DNA of 64,000 nt, from the NCBI GenBank assembly GCA_950097015.1, contig CATNEN010000031.1, positions 3,224,001 through 3,288,000 of the forward strand, read 5' to 3'. Shown here in pieces: positions 11,865-24,454 of the stretch (position 1 is its first letter; every line of letters starts with the position of its first letter). Origin of the DNA: Macrostomum hystrix. Lineage: Eukaryota > Animalia > Platyhelminthes. Both the position numbers and the translations under genes were made by a program. The notes beneath the pieces are model-generated. The model saw nothing but the letters and a program-made list of their open reading frames with translations, had not been told where the DNA came from and searched no databases.

Positions 11865-13997
11865 TCACTTGACCTTTTTTCCGCGCAGAGTAGCATAAGA
11901 TGGAGGCACAGTCAATTCTCTCAGCTGCCTGTAGGCCGTTCGCTCAGCCTCGGTGTCTGGCGGCTCGCACTCGAAGCTGGCGTACGCCAACGCCTGGCTA
12001 GACAGCACCGGCTGGGTTGCCAGGCACTCCTGGGCGTCTGCCCGCCTGACAGCCGGCCCGGAGCCGGCGCCCCGCCAGGCCAGCAGTTGGGCAACGAGTC
12101 GGGCGGCTTCGTGACACTTCAGAAAGTTCACATAGCCATTTGGCTGCCTGGTGGCCGTCAGTTCACCCAGAGCGAATAGATCGCGCAGAAGGAGGCTGAA
12201 GAATGGCACGGCGGGACGGCCGGCCGATTCGGCGAGGAGGCGCCGATAGCAGCCGAAGTTGTGCGACGGACTCAGCTGGGCTTCTAGTTCGGCGATGCCC
12301 GGAGCCGCCCTAGTCCAGGTTCGCCTTAGTCTGGCCACGGGAGCCAGGCTGAGGCCGGCCAGGATGGCCATGGCCGAATTGAAATTGCGTTGACGCAGGC
12401 AGGCATTGGCTGCGGCCACCAGCTGGTCCAGGGCGCGAACCCGGTCCCGCTTGCGCAGCCGTGTGCACACTTCCGTGGCGGCCAGGGCGCTGAGACGGTT
12501 GAACCAGTGGGCGTAGGCTTCAAGAAAGTGCACCTGTATTAGGGGAGTGGCCAATGCGTGAAGTTCAGTTGACTTTTATGAACGAAGTCTGCAACAATCT
12601 CACTAACTGATGACTGTGAGATATTCTACTTCTCCTTTTGTCTGGAGCCCTCGAAATCTGAATTCCATAAATCCATTTATTTCTGATGATAAAACAGATC
12701 CTATCATTTCCCAGAATCCAATAGATTCGCTAATTTCCTATAATCACAAAGATCCCCTAATTAGCAATAATCCCACAGATTATCCTCTCCTTGCCAAACT
12801 CTCACAGATCCTCATTGCCGGTAACCCACACATCGGAGTGTGAACGCCGTTAACGCCTTTGCCTCTCGCACCAAAGTCTCTGAGCTTGATTCCGCGGCGA
12901 GGCCAAATTCATTTAAGGCGCAGCCGCGGAGAGAAGGCTTAGGGGCTCGTGCAATTTACGACCTTGAGGACCAACCTCCAAGCCACAGTGAGAGTGTACA
13001 CTGCCTGACGATGAGAAAGTCAGGGCAAATGTACACACATGCATGTGCCTGCGTTCGGTATCTGTGTATGTGTGCTTAGGAGTCAGCAAAATGGACAGAA
13101 TTGTCTCTCATCAAATGATGTGCCAGTGACCGCAGTCCTCCTGCAAATAATATTTTTATATTAACACCACATATCCCTAATTGCCCATAATGGCCACATT
13201 ATTCCCCTTATTCGATAATTCCAGAGATCAAATCATTCTCTACAATCCCACATATTCTAGCAACAGATATAAATCCCATCATGATGTGAAGCTCAATTAA
13301 TTACGTCATTCCTGCCGAATAAATTCCTCAAGCATCAATCCGGACCCCTCACCTTCTTCTCTTCAAGCAGCACAGGCTGCCTGCGCGGATTCTCCTGACA
13401 GAAGCTCTGCAGGAGCTCCTCCGGACCCAGATGGCGCAGCCGCTCCAGCTCAGCGATGGTGAGCTGGTCGGCCAGCACGGCCGGATCCGGGCAAACAGCC
13501 AGCAGGCCGAAGCCGGGCGTCTGGGGCGGCTCCTGGAGGCGCCGAAGTCCGACTTCGAAGTGTCTTAGCAGTTCAGCCTCGGCCTGGGTGGCTGCAGTCA
13601 GGCGGGCCAGCAGGGAGGCGGTGAGATTCGACAGTCGTTTGGAAGCCTCGGGCGATTCTCTAGCGAGAGATTCGCACAGGGCGCGCAGGACTTCAGACAT
13701 TTTTCGGCCGAAAAAATCGTAGGGAAACAGCTTGGTCCATTGGTCCAGCAGGGCCAGAGAGTGCTCAACTAGTCTGAGCCGCTCCTGACCTGAGGCGGCG
13801 GCCAGGTGGCACTGGCTTAGCTCGAACAGCAGATCGGCCGGAGCTACGAATAGGCGCGAGGTCAACAAGAAGGTGAATGAATAAGCCGGGTCTGGAGCCA
13901 CATCGGCACACGGCAGGAACAGGTCGATTAGGGCGTCCAGGGAGCCGGACACCAGCCGGTTCTCGCTGAACACCAGATCCTGCGAGCCCTGCTCAGC
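11865..13997 (-). CDS. RASGEF1: RasGEF domain-containing protein (RASGEF1A/B/C-like); 5' exon not located
   Basis: Exons 13997-13353 and 12533-11865 (phase 0, GT-AG). REM-like SGSLDALIDL..DPAYSFTFLLTSRLF and CDC25-like QLTIAELERLRHLGPEEL, EAYAHWFNRLS, NFNSAMAILAGL. The exon opens at an acceptor (tttcag) with no nearby ATG, so an upstream coding exon must exist. Confidence 0.88.
12834..13125 (+). mobile_element. tRNA-derived SINE, family A, copy in RasGEF intron
   Basis: Homologous to 14105-14285(-), 21835-22105(+) and 55032-55325(+). Degenerate A/B-box head, conserved gtgtacactgcctgacgatgagaaagtcagggc body, GT-rich tail region. Confidence 0.8.
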
Positions 13998-14104
13998 CTG
14001 AAAAATGCACAGTTGATTCAACTGCAGATGAGCTTTAGTTGAACTACAATGCTTTAAATGAGTATGATTTTCTGAATTCCTATTACTAAAGCTTAGTATC
14101 ATTA

Positions 14105-14285
14105 AGGACAAGTTGTGCCTTGGAGGTTGGCCCCCAAGGGCATAAATTACACAACAAACTCTCCAAGCCTTCTCTCCGCAGCTGTGTCCCAAATGAATAT
14201 GGCCTTGCCACAGAATTCAGCTCAGGGACCTTGGTGCCAGAGGCAAATTCTTTAGACAGCTCTGCCACTCACCCTCCCAAACTAG
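14105..14285 (-). mobile_element. SINE family A, 5' partial copy
   Basis: Reverse complement matches the family head (gggtgagtggcagagctgtctaa..tttgcctct..gcaccaaggtccctgagc) and the first part of the body. Confidence 0.75.
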
Positions 14286-15654
14286 GGTTAAAAGAGACTA
14301 ATGTTTTACGTTTTGCTAATTGTTGCTGTCATGTTTATGGTACATTTTTTTAGTTTACAGATAGTTAAAGCACTAGAAAACTTAAGTTAGCAAGTAACAT
14401 AGGCTGAATTCAGGTCTTCACTTTTAGATGTAAAATGTAAAAAGTAGAGACAAAAAATTAATGCAGTTTAAAGTGAATATTCTGTTGCTTAGCTATTGTG
14501 TAGTGAAATTGCTAATTGAAAAACTTTCATAAGCAAAAAGCAATCAATACAAATGAACTATATTATTATATTTTCATAAAAGTTTGATAAACAAGGCAGT
14601 AAATATTAATTTTTGTAAATAATATAGGCCTAACTAGGTATAGAAAATATTAATTTTTGATTAGGGCAAATTGATGTTGACACATCATAAACAAATTATT
14701 TAACCAAAATTACCAAATAGAATAAATTTGTCTTTAATGTAAGAGCTATAAAAACTAGACTAGGCCTATACACACTTTTAATGTTATATGTATCTGAAAA
14801 AAAGCACTAAATCCAAAGCAGTAAGCTAATGGCACAACTAACAAGTAAAGAATAATGGTATAAGAACAAGTTTAATGCATAGACATCAAAACCGACACAA
14901 CTGCCTAGAATGATATACTAGACAACGATGATTCGTAGGCTACTTCAACCAAACAAACACACATGGCCTATGCCCCTGGGCCCTGGGTGGGGGCCTGGGG
15001 TGGCAGGCAAGCTGTGTAAAGTTTGATACATACATAAACTTAACAGCTAAGTGTATAAAGCCTGAGATAGCTTATTACCAAGAAAACTGATGCTATACTC
15101 ATTATATGGATAGCAAAAGTTTTGTCTTTTTAGTGCCCTAGTGTGCCTTAATTGCTTTACATTACATGCTTTTTTTATTTATATCATATCAAATTTATTT
15201 TATTAATATCTTTGACATCTTAAGACATATAGGCAAGGCTTTAAATACTGAAAGAGTACATATTTGCATCAGTGTACATAGTGTTACAACCATGTCTGCA
15301 AGGTACGTAATTTTACTATGAGTGAACGATGATCCCTGTCGTTGAAAAAAGACTACATTTAATAGAAATTGAAATTTCGGCACTAAGGTGCACGTAACCT
15401 TTGCAGGAAACAAGTCAGTTAAACAATTACTAGGAAATAGAAACAATGACTATGTGGCGTTTGCAATACATCATCAGAGTCCTTATGTTCTTATTTAATA
15501 TTGTTATTTTCTTTAGCTATGACATGTTTACAGCCTAAAAGGCTTGAACTAAGTCCTGGGACCAAAGGCAGACACGTCAATTCGTCGATCGTGGTCCTAC
15601 CTCGGCCTGTCCGAGGCCAAGATCTGCGGCTCACCCTTAAACGGGCCAACTAAG

Positions 15655-15760
15655 TCCTAAGACATAGGTCTTTCCATGGACTGAGAAGGCCGCAACACCA
15701 AGAATTTTACACCAGCTAAATAGCTGGTACCCATTTTACAGCAGGGTGGTGAACTTAAGT
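15655..15760 (-). mobile_element. Fragment of a CORE-like SINE
   Basis: Minus strand contains gctgtaaaatgggtaccagcta..agctgg and tcagtccatgga, as in family B. Confidence 0.45.
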
Positions 15761-16324
15761 TAATATACTCGACTCCATTACTTCAAACAAACAAACACAA
15801 ATAGCAGCCGTTGTGTTTAGTCGTCAATTTCAATATTGTCTACCGAAATTTTTAATTGAAAAACTATTATAGCAACAATGATGGCAATAGGAAACGGTGA
15901 ACATATACAAACTTCTAAGTTAAGTTTTTTATATATAGAATCTGTCATTGCACTATAAAAAAGCACTAGCAAATTCTGTCTTTCCCAATCGGACACAAAT
16001 TGCTTCCATTGAGCTAAGATCCGAACGGCAGTGCTTATCGGCACGGTCCCGTGCGAATTATAGTGCAGACTTTATCCGCACGGCAGCTTGATGGAATAGG
16101 CCACCACATATGTACATGTGGTGGCCGCGCGAATGCCCACATTTTCCCTACATGTATGAATCAAGGAGGATAGGTCACTTATACTGCAACACGAATTCAA
16201 AGACATCGTGTCTTTTCGACTTAAACTGTTTCAGAGCACTGTTTAAAATGTTTCATTTGGGTTTAGGTTTTCAATAAGGTTAAGCTTATTTATAGGTTCT
16301 TTCATTGTGTTTTTCAATTTACAA

Positions 16325-16615
16325 CGGAGGTTGTAGCCTTGCAGTAAGAGCGTCGGATTCACGACATGAAGGTCGGGGGTTCGATTCCTGACTCCACTGG
16401 AACAATTTGTGTCCTTTAGCAAGCAACTTAACTCTGCATTTTGCTACAGTTCACACAGCTGTTAAATGGGTACCAGCATTAGCTGGGGTACTTGAGGGTG
16501 GATGTGGCGTCTCCCCAGTCCATGGACTGAAAAGCTGTACACAGCCTTCAGATGCGCCGCGCAATAGCTGCGGCTGTGCTGCACATGTGTCCCAATTGAG
16601 GCAGGTGTAACCAAT
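16325..16615 (+). mobile_element. tRNA-derived SINE family B with CORE-like central domain
   Basis: gttgtagcc..ggttcgattcc head, then tgtgtcctttagcaagcaacttaac..ctgttaaatgggtacc, resembling the CORE domain (gtgaccttgggcaag..cttaac..ctgtaaaatggg). Second copy at 22195-22470. Confidence 0.75.
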
Positions 16616-17221
16616 TATTTCTATTATTTTCAATTTAATTGGCTAATTTGTAGAGCGCGCTATAAATTAATTTGTCATGCTTGGATATTCAAGTATAACA
16701 AATGATTATATGTGCACGAACCGATTTGAAAGCGATCGAGTGAAGCGACTTTCTTAGTTGGATCTAATCTCCCTTCTCAGCATTTAGGCATGCATCAGTC
16801 CTGGTTGCTCTTATCTCACCTAGTACGACGGTCGTCCCTAGTATGAAGAGACACAGGCTACAGATAGTAGAGTATATCAGGCCTTTTGTGTCCTATAAAG
16901 GACGGGGCGTACGCTTGACTGAGTGATTGTACATTGGGTTTTCAACCCACACGATTGCTGTGTCAGCCAATACGAAGAAATGTACGCATCTATACGCTGG
17001 AACCATTGTACGCTGTCCGTAAACAGTCTACCCCTGGAGCAACGCAATTACATTGCGAGCTGGGTATGTTTGTCTCGCTTTTTTAAACCAATGCTTTTAA
17101 CCCAAAGTTTTAATGTGTAAGAGAACAATATAGGAGCTAACAATTAAGGCAAGATCGAGGTTCCATTCATAAGAGAACCTGACTTTATCTAGTTAATTCC
17201 AGTGCAGCCCTGCAGATCATC

Positions 17222-18603
17222 ATGACAGAGTTAAAGCAGCAAGGATTCGTTGAGGTGGCCGGCGTGGCGGCCTGTCTCCTGATCAAGAACCTGGCCTGGT
17301 ACTTCGCCAGCAAGCGCCGGCCAAAGAGCCGGGTTGGCCAGGTGCAGCAGATTGCGATGTACCCGGTGAAGTCCTGCCGGGGCCTGCTGCTGGCCGAGGC
17401 AGAAATTCAAGATGGCGGCATTGTCTGGCGAGGAGTGCGCGATCGAAGCTACCTGGTGATGAGCACCACCGACAACAAGTTCGTCAGCCTGAAGGTGTTT
17501 CCGACTCTGCACCTGGTGCAGCCAGCTCTAGACCCATCCAGGCCCGGCCGCATTCTGTTGACTGCCGATGGACACCAGCCGGTGCTGGTGCCGGATGCTG
17601 TGCAGCTCAACCGGCCTGTAACCTTCGACTTCAAAGGCGAAGCCTACTCCGGCCTGGACTGTGGCGATGAAGCCGCCGTCTGGCTGAATGCCGTCTGCGA
17701 CAAGAAGGACCTGCGACTGGTCCGTGCAATGCACTGCTGACGTCCTGGTTCAGTTTTTTCTTATATAAAACTCTAATGCTGAAGTAGTGTAGCGATCAGC
17801 AGATCAGGAAATGCAGTTCAGGGCAGGTATCTGCTCATGCCACAGACTTGGCAATGCACCGGTACATTGCCATGCTATGCCATTGTACTTGCGAAGGTTT
17901 CACATTTTTGTTATAAGCTATGAGCTATAAGATTCTTAATTTAAAGCACCACAGCCACGTTGAGTAATTAAGCGAACAACACCTCTCTACTCAGGTGTAC
18001 TGCCCAACCAATAAGCGCAGCGTAGCGAACAAAATGCGAGCCCTTGACCGCCAGGGCGCCATGCTGAAAGTCTACGACGGCCTGCACGAGACCGCCGATA
18101 ATCGCGTCGCATTTGCTGACAAGGCGCCCATCCTGATGGTGTCCGACAAGTCGCTGCAGGTTGGCAAATGAAGCACTTCCAGTGAAATTCGTTGCAGATT
18201 TTTATATGTTGGTAGACGCCCCAGCAACCTCTTACCACTACACTGTTAGACTCTTAACGATCGCCTGGTTGGCAAGCATCCTGGCGTTGACTGGCGCAAC
18301 TTCCGGCCCAACCTCGTGATCTCCGGCGCTCGTCGCGATCGCGAAGAAGACGACTGGGGCTTCGTGTTCCTGGCCGGCGGCTGTGTTCTGGCGGCGGCGT
18401 TTCCCTGCGAGCGCTGCGTCATGGTTAACCTGGACTATTCGGCCGGCGACAGGGCGGTGGCCCCGCCTGGCAACCCGGTGCTGACGGCGCTGGCGCCCTA
18501 CCGCAGCGGCGCCAAGTTCAAGAACCCGCTGTTTGGCGTTAACTGCACCGTGGAGACACCCGGGCGAGTGGTCATTGGCGAGGCTGTGTTTGCCGACGTC
18601 TGA
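17222..18603 (+). CDS. MTARC: MOSC-domain molybdoenzyme, mitochondrial amidoxime-reducing component (mARC)-like, ~338 aa
   Basis: Exons 17222-17719, 17995-18159, 18250-18603 join in frame. MOSC_N YPVKSC and DRSYLV; VAFAD; MOSC RNFRPNLVI, CERC, LFGVN. The first donor (gtccgt) is weak but the only in-phase option. Confidence 0.9.
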
Positions 18604-21600
18604 GTTTTTACCAGCGAGTCGCGGCTAGGAGCGATGAAACTTTCAACTTGAAATCTTACCACTCTCGGAAAACTTTTAGCACAGACTGAGATCCCATCTT
18701 GGTGGGATTAGATGACGATCCCGACTCAAGTAACTCTACTCCGAAAAAGTGCTTGTTGGCCCTTTTTGATTGGCTATTTTTGGTTCATTCAAGTTTATCA
18801 ACAGCGATAACTTATTCCAGAAGGATAGTAAACAATATGGCTTAATTTCAGAAAATTTTGCTACTGATTCACAGCTTAACTTTTTTAATTGCTGTTTAGC
18901 TGAATCAAGAAAACAAAAAACACTTTATACTTCTACTTCATTTTCATACTTTTACAAGCAGATTTTAGATAGTTTCTTCTATCTTCTAAACGTCAAGGAC
19001 AACAAAACAACGTTGCTAATAGACTGCGCCGTTAGGGGAACTGTTTAGTATCTATACATTTACCGAGCTCAAAATTACATCGCCTACAACCAGACACAGT
19101 TGACCATGTCTAGCTACCAGTGCATTGATAAAATACAACTTAGCGACCCCGCAACCTCAGAGCTCAGATAATTTCGATAGCTTTGTTTATCATGTATAAC
19201 ATCATCGACAAATGACTTTTTTGCATTAGTAATATCGGTCTACGAGTAGCTAAACTGCCCATAGCTTTAAGCCATAGACATGTGGAACGTGGACCCATGG
19301 TGTATTGCTGCACGCTCTGACTGAATTATTTTGTTGCTCTGACTCTTCAAATTCAACGAGTAAAGGCGCTTGAAATGTTTTTTGACCAAGAGGCGCATGG
19401 CGTCATCTCTGCATTGTGGAGGTCTGACAACTATATCCTTTTTGAGTCAAACTATGTCCGATATATTTGCATATGCATGAATTTTTTCTCCAATACAGTT
19501 ATTAAATGCCGCGATTCGAATTCTAGAATTGTCGCTTACTCAGCACCAAAGCATCGACACGGCTTCTGGACCCCGTCTGGCAGGACTTCCTTTGGCGTGT
19601 TTTCATCAGGCTCATCTGCTCAGGAAAGTAAACGAAGACAAGGCCACAATGACATCTACAATTAAAATCCAGAAGGTAAACGCACACGGGCAAGCAAATA
19701 ATACAGAAAAAACTCTATTTCTTATTTTTACCACCCAGCCTTTATGTGTATTGTGTAGAAAGCTTTGATTATACCGGCCAAAAATCACAAATAAAATTGA
19801 TGAAAGCAAACAACACAACAAAGTAGTAACAACAATTAATTTAATTCTAAATAAATACGTCATAAATTATGCAGACTTTTACTGTGTTGTGTACCAATTC
19901 ATTAAAAATATTCCTAAAACGTTACAAAAAGTGAATCTAAAAAGGATACTATAACTGTTCTATCCTGAAAAATTCCTTCAAATAAACATTTTAGAGGGTC
20001 TCGCGAGGATCCATCTGAGGTTAATTAACTATTTATTGAGTGATGACAGGCCATTCCAGATTGATTTTTACACGTGTTTATTTTGCATCAAATAATTAAT
20101 CGGTGTACTGAATACCTAGCCTCCCTGAAGCAGAATATACCAAGCAAGAAAATTATCGAGAAGTTGATTTCTTTAACAGTAGTAAGACCACGGAAGCATT
20201 TCAAAACCCTGAAAAACTATGGTACCTTCATTTTCCCTTTTTCTGTACCTCCTAAAAGATTCAACCAAGCGCCATGAAAATCCAGAACACTGGCTGAAAC
20301 TTTCCGCTCTATATGATTAAAAAGCACAAAAGAATCACAATACATCGGCATCGTCGAGATATTCAACGAGTCTCGTCGGAAAGTCGGGTGGCAAAAACCA
20401 CATAGGCATAATTTTTCTGCTCACAAAATTCATAATGTAACTATTTCGGCAATCATTGTTTACTATTTTGTAATCCCTGAACATCTCGACGATGCTGACG
20501 TCGTACGGCTTAGAAAGTAAGTTCATGTTTAAGGGCGGAAAAATTAGATTCAGATGGTGGACTTTCTTATGTGACCCAAGGAAGAGCTTCGTCGTGGGTT
20601 ATCAACAACTGGATCTCTCAGCTGCTACCGAGCTAGCACTTTATTTAGTCAGTCAAGCCTCGAGCATAAAGAGAGCTTTAGAACACATTAACGGCGCGCA
20701 CATAGTAACGACTGCTGGGAAAGAGACAGAATAAGACATAGACATAAGTGTGGACTGGAAATAAGAAGTATATAATCTCTCCCGTTTATTCATTTATCTG
20801 TGGCCGTCAGAACGACGGCCGTCAGTTGTTCTGACCATAGACAAATGAATAAACGGGGGAGATAGTATTTTTCCCCAACTTGGCTCGGTCTTGTGGAAAA
20901 AAAGAACTATAGCTCAACAGTCTATGGTTCTGATCGAAACGGTTCCAAATAAATTGTTTCCTCGTCCGGGACGAATAAATATTTCTTCGTCCCGGACAAA
21001 TAAATGCTTCAACACTATAGACCATAGACTTATTTGACCGGGACAAGTGGGGGATAATTGGGAGAGGCTCTGCCAAACCATCGAAGAAAGACAATAATAT
21101 GTAGTACAAAACGGTTATGGGACGAGGCTTGTGTGCATTTCCAAATGCACAACACTCACTAAAGTCGGTAATATGGGAGCTATCGTGAAGAAGGCAGAGG
21201 ATTTGAAATACCCCGTTGTCTTTGCTTAGAGGGAAAATACGAGCGTAGCGTGGTCTTTCTATTGCTAAGAAGATAGAATTGTTACATCATGCACTGCCGG
21301 ACAACGCTTAGACGGTGTCAAATTGCGGGTATTTGACTCAATCGCTATAGATAGAGAACTACTTAAAATAAAGTGCACAACACTTTGCCCGTGTTGAAAA
21401 AAGGCTGACCACAGCCAAACAAAATGATTTGAAGCCAATTTCCGCTTGAACTCCATTGGCTGGCTACTCATATGGCAGACACGGTATTTCATTCTGCACA
21501 GGGAATAAGGAATAATCTTGATTAGTGAACACAGAAAATTAAAGGCAGAAAAAATTCCTGCCAAACTATTTACGAGCAGAAATTTGTTTTCTTCTTGACA

Positions 21601-21834
21601 GCCAAGTTGTTTATGTACAATAGCGTAGCGGACATAAAAAATCAAGCATCTATAAATAGAGTTTAGCTATACCTAAGTTAAAGAAAAATTGTATGCTTTC
21701 GGGTTTGATCTAGAGACTAGACGCTGTCGGAGATATAGCAAAAGCCGCCCAGGGACAACTTGCCAAATCAATTTTAATATCTACAAGGCGGTCCTTTATC
21801 TGTTATCATTGGATGTACCGCTACTAGCACATAG

Positions 21835-22105
21835 CTAGTTGGGAAGTGGGTGAGTGGCAGAGCTGTCTAACGCGTTTGCCTCTCGCACCAAGGTCCCTGA
21901 GCTCGATTCCATGGCGCGGCCACATTCAGTCGTGAAATTTTCGCCCTTGAGGGCCAACCTCTAAGGCAGAGTGAAGTGTACACTGCCTGACGATGTTAAA
22001 TTCAGGGCAGGTGTACACACCTGTGTGAGCATGTGCCTGCTTACGGTATCTGTGTGCGTGTGTGCTCAGGAGTCAGCAAAATGTGTAGAATTGCCTTCTC
22101 GATGG
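21835..22105 (+). mobile_element. SINE family A copy with an internal deletion
   Basis: Head gtgagtggcagagctgtctaa..gagctcgattcc (A- and B-box-like); lacks about 50 bp present in the 12.8 and 55 kb copies. Confidence 0.8.
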
Positions 22106-22194
22106 CAGCTGGCAATTAACTAATTAATTAATTTTATTATTTCATTATTTTATTTTAAGTAATATTATAAGGCATTAGGTAGTACTACGCGGAC

Positions 22195-22475
22195 AGGGGT
22201 TGTAGCCTAAGCGTTAAAATTCAGACTCATAACTTGAAAAGGTCGGGTGTTCGATTCCCGACTTCAGTGGAACAATATGTGTCTTTTAGCAAGAGATTTA
22301 ACTCTGCATTGCTTTGATTCACCTAGCTGTTAAATGGGTACCAGCATTAGCTGGGGTAATTGGGGTGGGTGTGGCGCCCCCTCCCCAGTCCATGGACTGA
22401 ACAGCCGTGCGCAGCCTTTAGAAGCGCTGCAAATCTGGCCCGATTGGGGCAGGTGCAGTGTAATCAACTATTATT
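22195..22475 (+). mobile_element. SINE family B, second copy
   Basis: Collinear with 16325-16615, including gttcgattccc, gctgttaaatgggtaccagcattagctggggta and cagtccatggactg; ends in a (tat)n tail. Confidence 0.75.
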
Positions 22476-22826
22476 ATTAGCAGTAGTACAAACTGCAAGT
22501 CAGTCAGTTCAACTCTGATCGGTTTAAATAAAAGCAGGGATAAATTTTTAATAATGAAAAAATATTTATTTACAAAATAAGCTAATTTTGCGGGATGAAT
22601 GCGAAATTAGGTAAAAATATGAATCTCAACTCAAGTGATTTTAGAAAGGCTTAAAAGTAACAAATAGTTATATCCATATTATGTAAATAAATATATCACA
22701 CATGTAACAACGAAGTGAGATGGCTATAAGCGGGCATTGACGGCCTTTACAAATAGGCCCAATAGACGGACGATGTATATCGCGATTCTCTAGGGAGCTG
22801 GGCCCCCCCGGTTCGGCTCCATTAGC

Positions 22827-24454
22827 TCAACCGTCTCCAGGATGCTCCGGGCAGCTGCGACTTCGCTTGAACCAGTCATCGATGCAGCTGAGCAAAAGAT
22901 AACAGAAACAGGGATTCAAATAGACTCATCAAATAAATCTCCTAACGGATCATTAGAATTTGGCAAGACCAATGCAGTAACTGGCGAAATTCTCAATTCC
23001 AATTTATATACTTCAATAGATATCTAAAATCCCAGTTTGAATCCTACCATAGATATCTCAAATCCCAGTTCGAATCCTACCATAGATATCTCAAATCCCA
23101 GTTCGAATCCTACCATAGATATCTCAAATCCCAGTTCGAATCCTACCATAGATATCTCAAATCCCAGTTCGAATCCTACCATATATATCTCAAATCCCAG
23201 TTTGAATCCTACCATATATATCTCAAATCCCAGTTCGAATCCTACCATAGATATCTCAAATCCCAGTTCGAATCCTACCATATATATCTCAAATCCCAGT
23301 TTGAATCCTACCATATATATCTCAAATCCCAGTTTGAATCCTACCATAGAAATCTCAAATCCCAGTTCGAATCCTACCATAGATATCTCAAATCCCAGTT
23401 TGAATCCTACCATAGATATCTCAAATCCCAGTTCGAATCCTACCATAGATATCTCAAATCCCAGTTCGAATCCTACCATATATATCTCAAATCCCAGTTT
23501 GAATCCTACCATATATATCTCAAATCCCAGTTTGAATCCTACCATATATATATCTCAAATCCCAGTTGAGCAGAACAGCGAGCTGCTCTGTCCAAATCCA
23601 TAGACTGTCCATGAATCGACATCTATAATCCTAGATTCGAGCAGCCAATCCCATTCCTTAGCCTCACCCCTTGTGATAGATGCACAGGCAGGGCAGCCTA
23701 GCGATGGTGTCACCCTGGCATAGTTCGTCCAGGCAGATGGCGCACTCGGCACCCTTGTCCTCAGTTAGCACGTCCTCGTTGTAGCTAATACGCGGCTTAG
23801 TAAGGCATACAACCAGGTGCAGCTGCGGGGTTTCAAGAGTTGAGTGGCGAGATAGGCATACTAGCAATATTGGCGAAGTTGGCAATCGCATAAAATACGA
23901 CCAAGAATGCTGCCAACCTCAATCTGATCGTGTGGCACTGTTTTGCTGCACACGGGGCAGCGAATGTCCGCCCGATAGAAGCTGGCTGGAACTCCGTGCA
24001 GGTGCTGCCGAATCAATTGATGATGATGCCGACTGGCTGCGGCCGCAGCCGCCGCAGCGCCCCGCTGTCGCTGCGGCCGCGGCGCACCGCCTCCGGACAC
24101 CATCGCGGGCCCGTCGTCCTCTTCTTCGTCGCTATCCGGATCTTCATCGCTTTCGCCTGTGCCGCCGCCGCCGCCACCGACCGGCCGGCCGGATAAAAAA
24201 TCTAGCGACCTACTTCGATGCCTGCCGCCCTGCTGTGACTGCTGTTGCTGCAGCAGGTACTGCTGCAACTGGTAGTTATGAAGCCCGGAGCCGCTGGGTC
24301 CGCCCTCAGAGGGTTGCACCGACATGTGCGAGTGAATCCGCGGCCTGGAGCCGCCGGCGCCGCCTCCCGCATGTCTGTTGCTTGGCCCCGCGCCCAGCTG
24401 GCCCGATGCCTGGCCTGGCGGCGGCAGTGGAACTCGACTAGACCCGATTCCCAT
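22827..24454 (-). CDS. ZNRF1: E3 ubiquitin ligase ZNRF1/ZNRF2-like (zinc finger plus RING-H2), ~250 aa
   Basis: Exons 24454-23918, 23822-23668, 22887-22827. MG start, CPVCSK..HLVVCLTKPRISYNEDVL, then CAICLDELCQGDTIARLPCLCIYHKGCIDDWFKRSRSCPEHPGD. Confidence 0.93.
23020..23570. repeat. Minisatellite, 33-bp unit, ZNRF intron 2
   Basis: Unit gatatctcaaatcccagttcgaatcctaccata. Confidence 0.95.

Noticed and set aside
16325-16400. Possible tRNA gene (A/B boxes); likewise 21845, 22195, 47880, 55035
   Set aside because: No complete cloverleaf or acceptor stem; each continues into a shared non-tRNA body, so these are SINE heads.
19375-21645. Short ORFs in AT-rich intergenic DNA as possible viral or transposase remnants
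   Set aside because: No recognisable motif, no consistent splice chain, codon style unlike the real exons.
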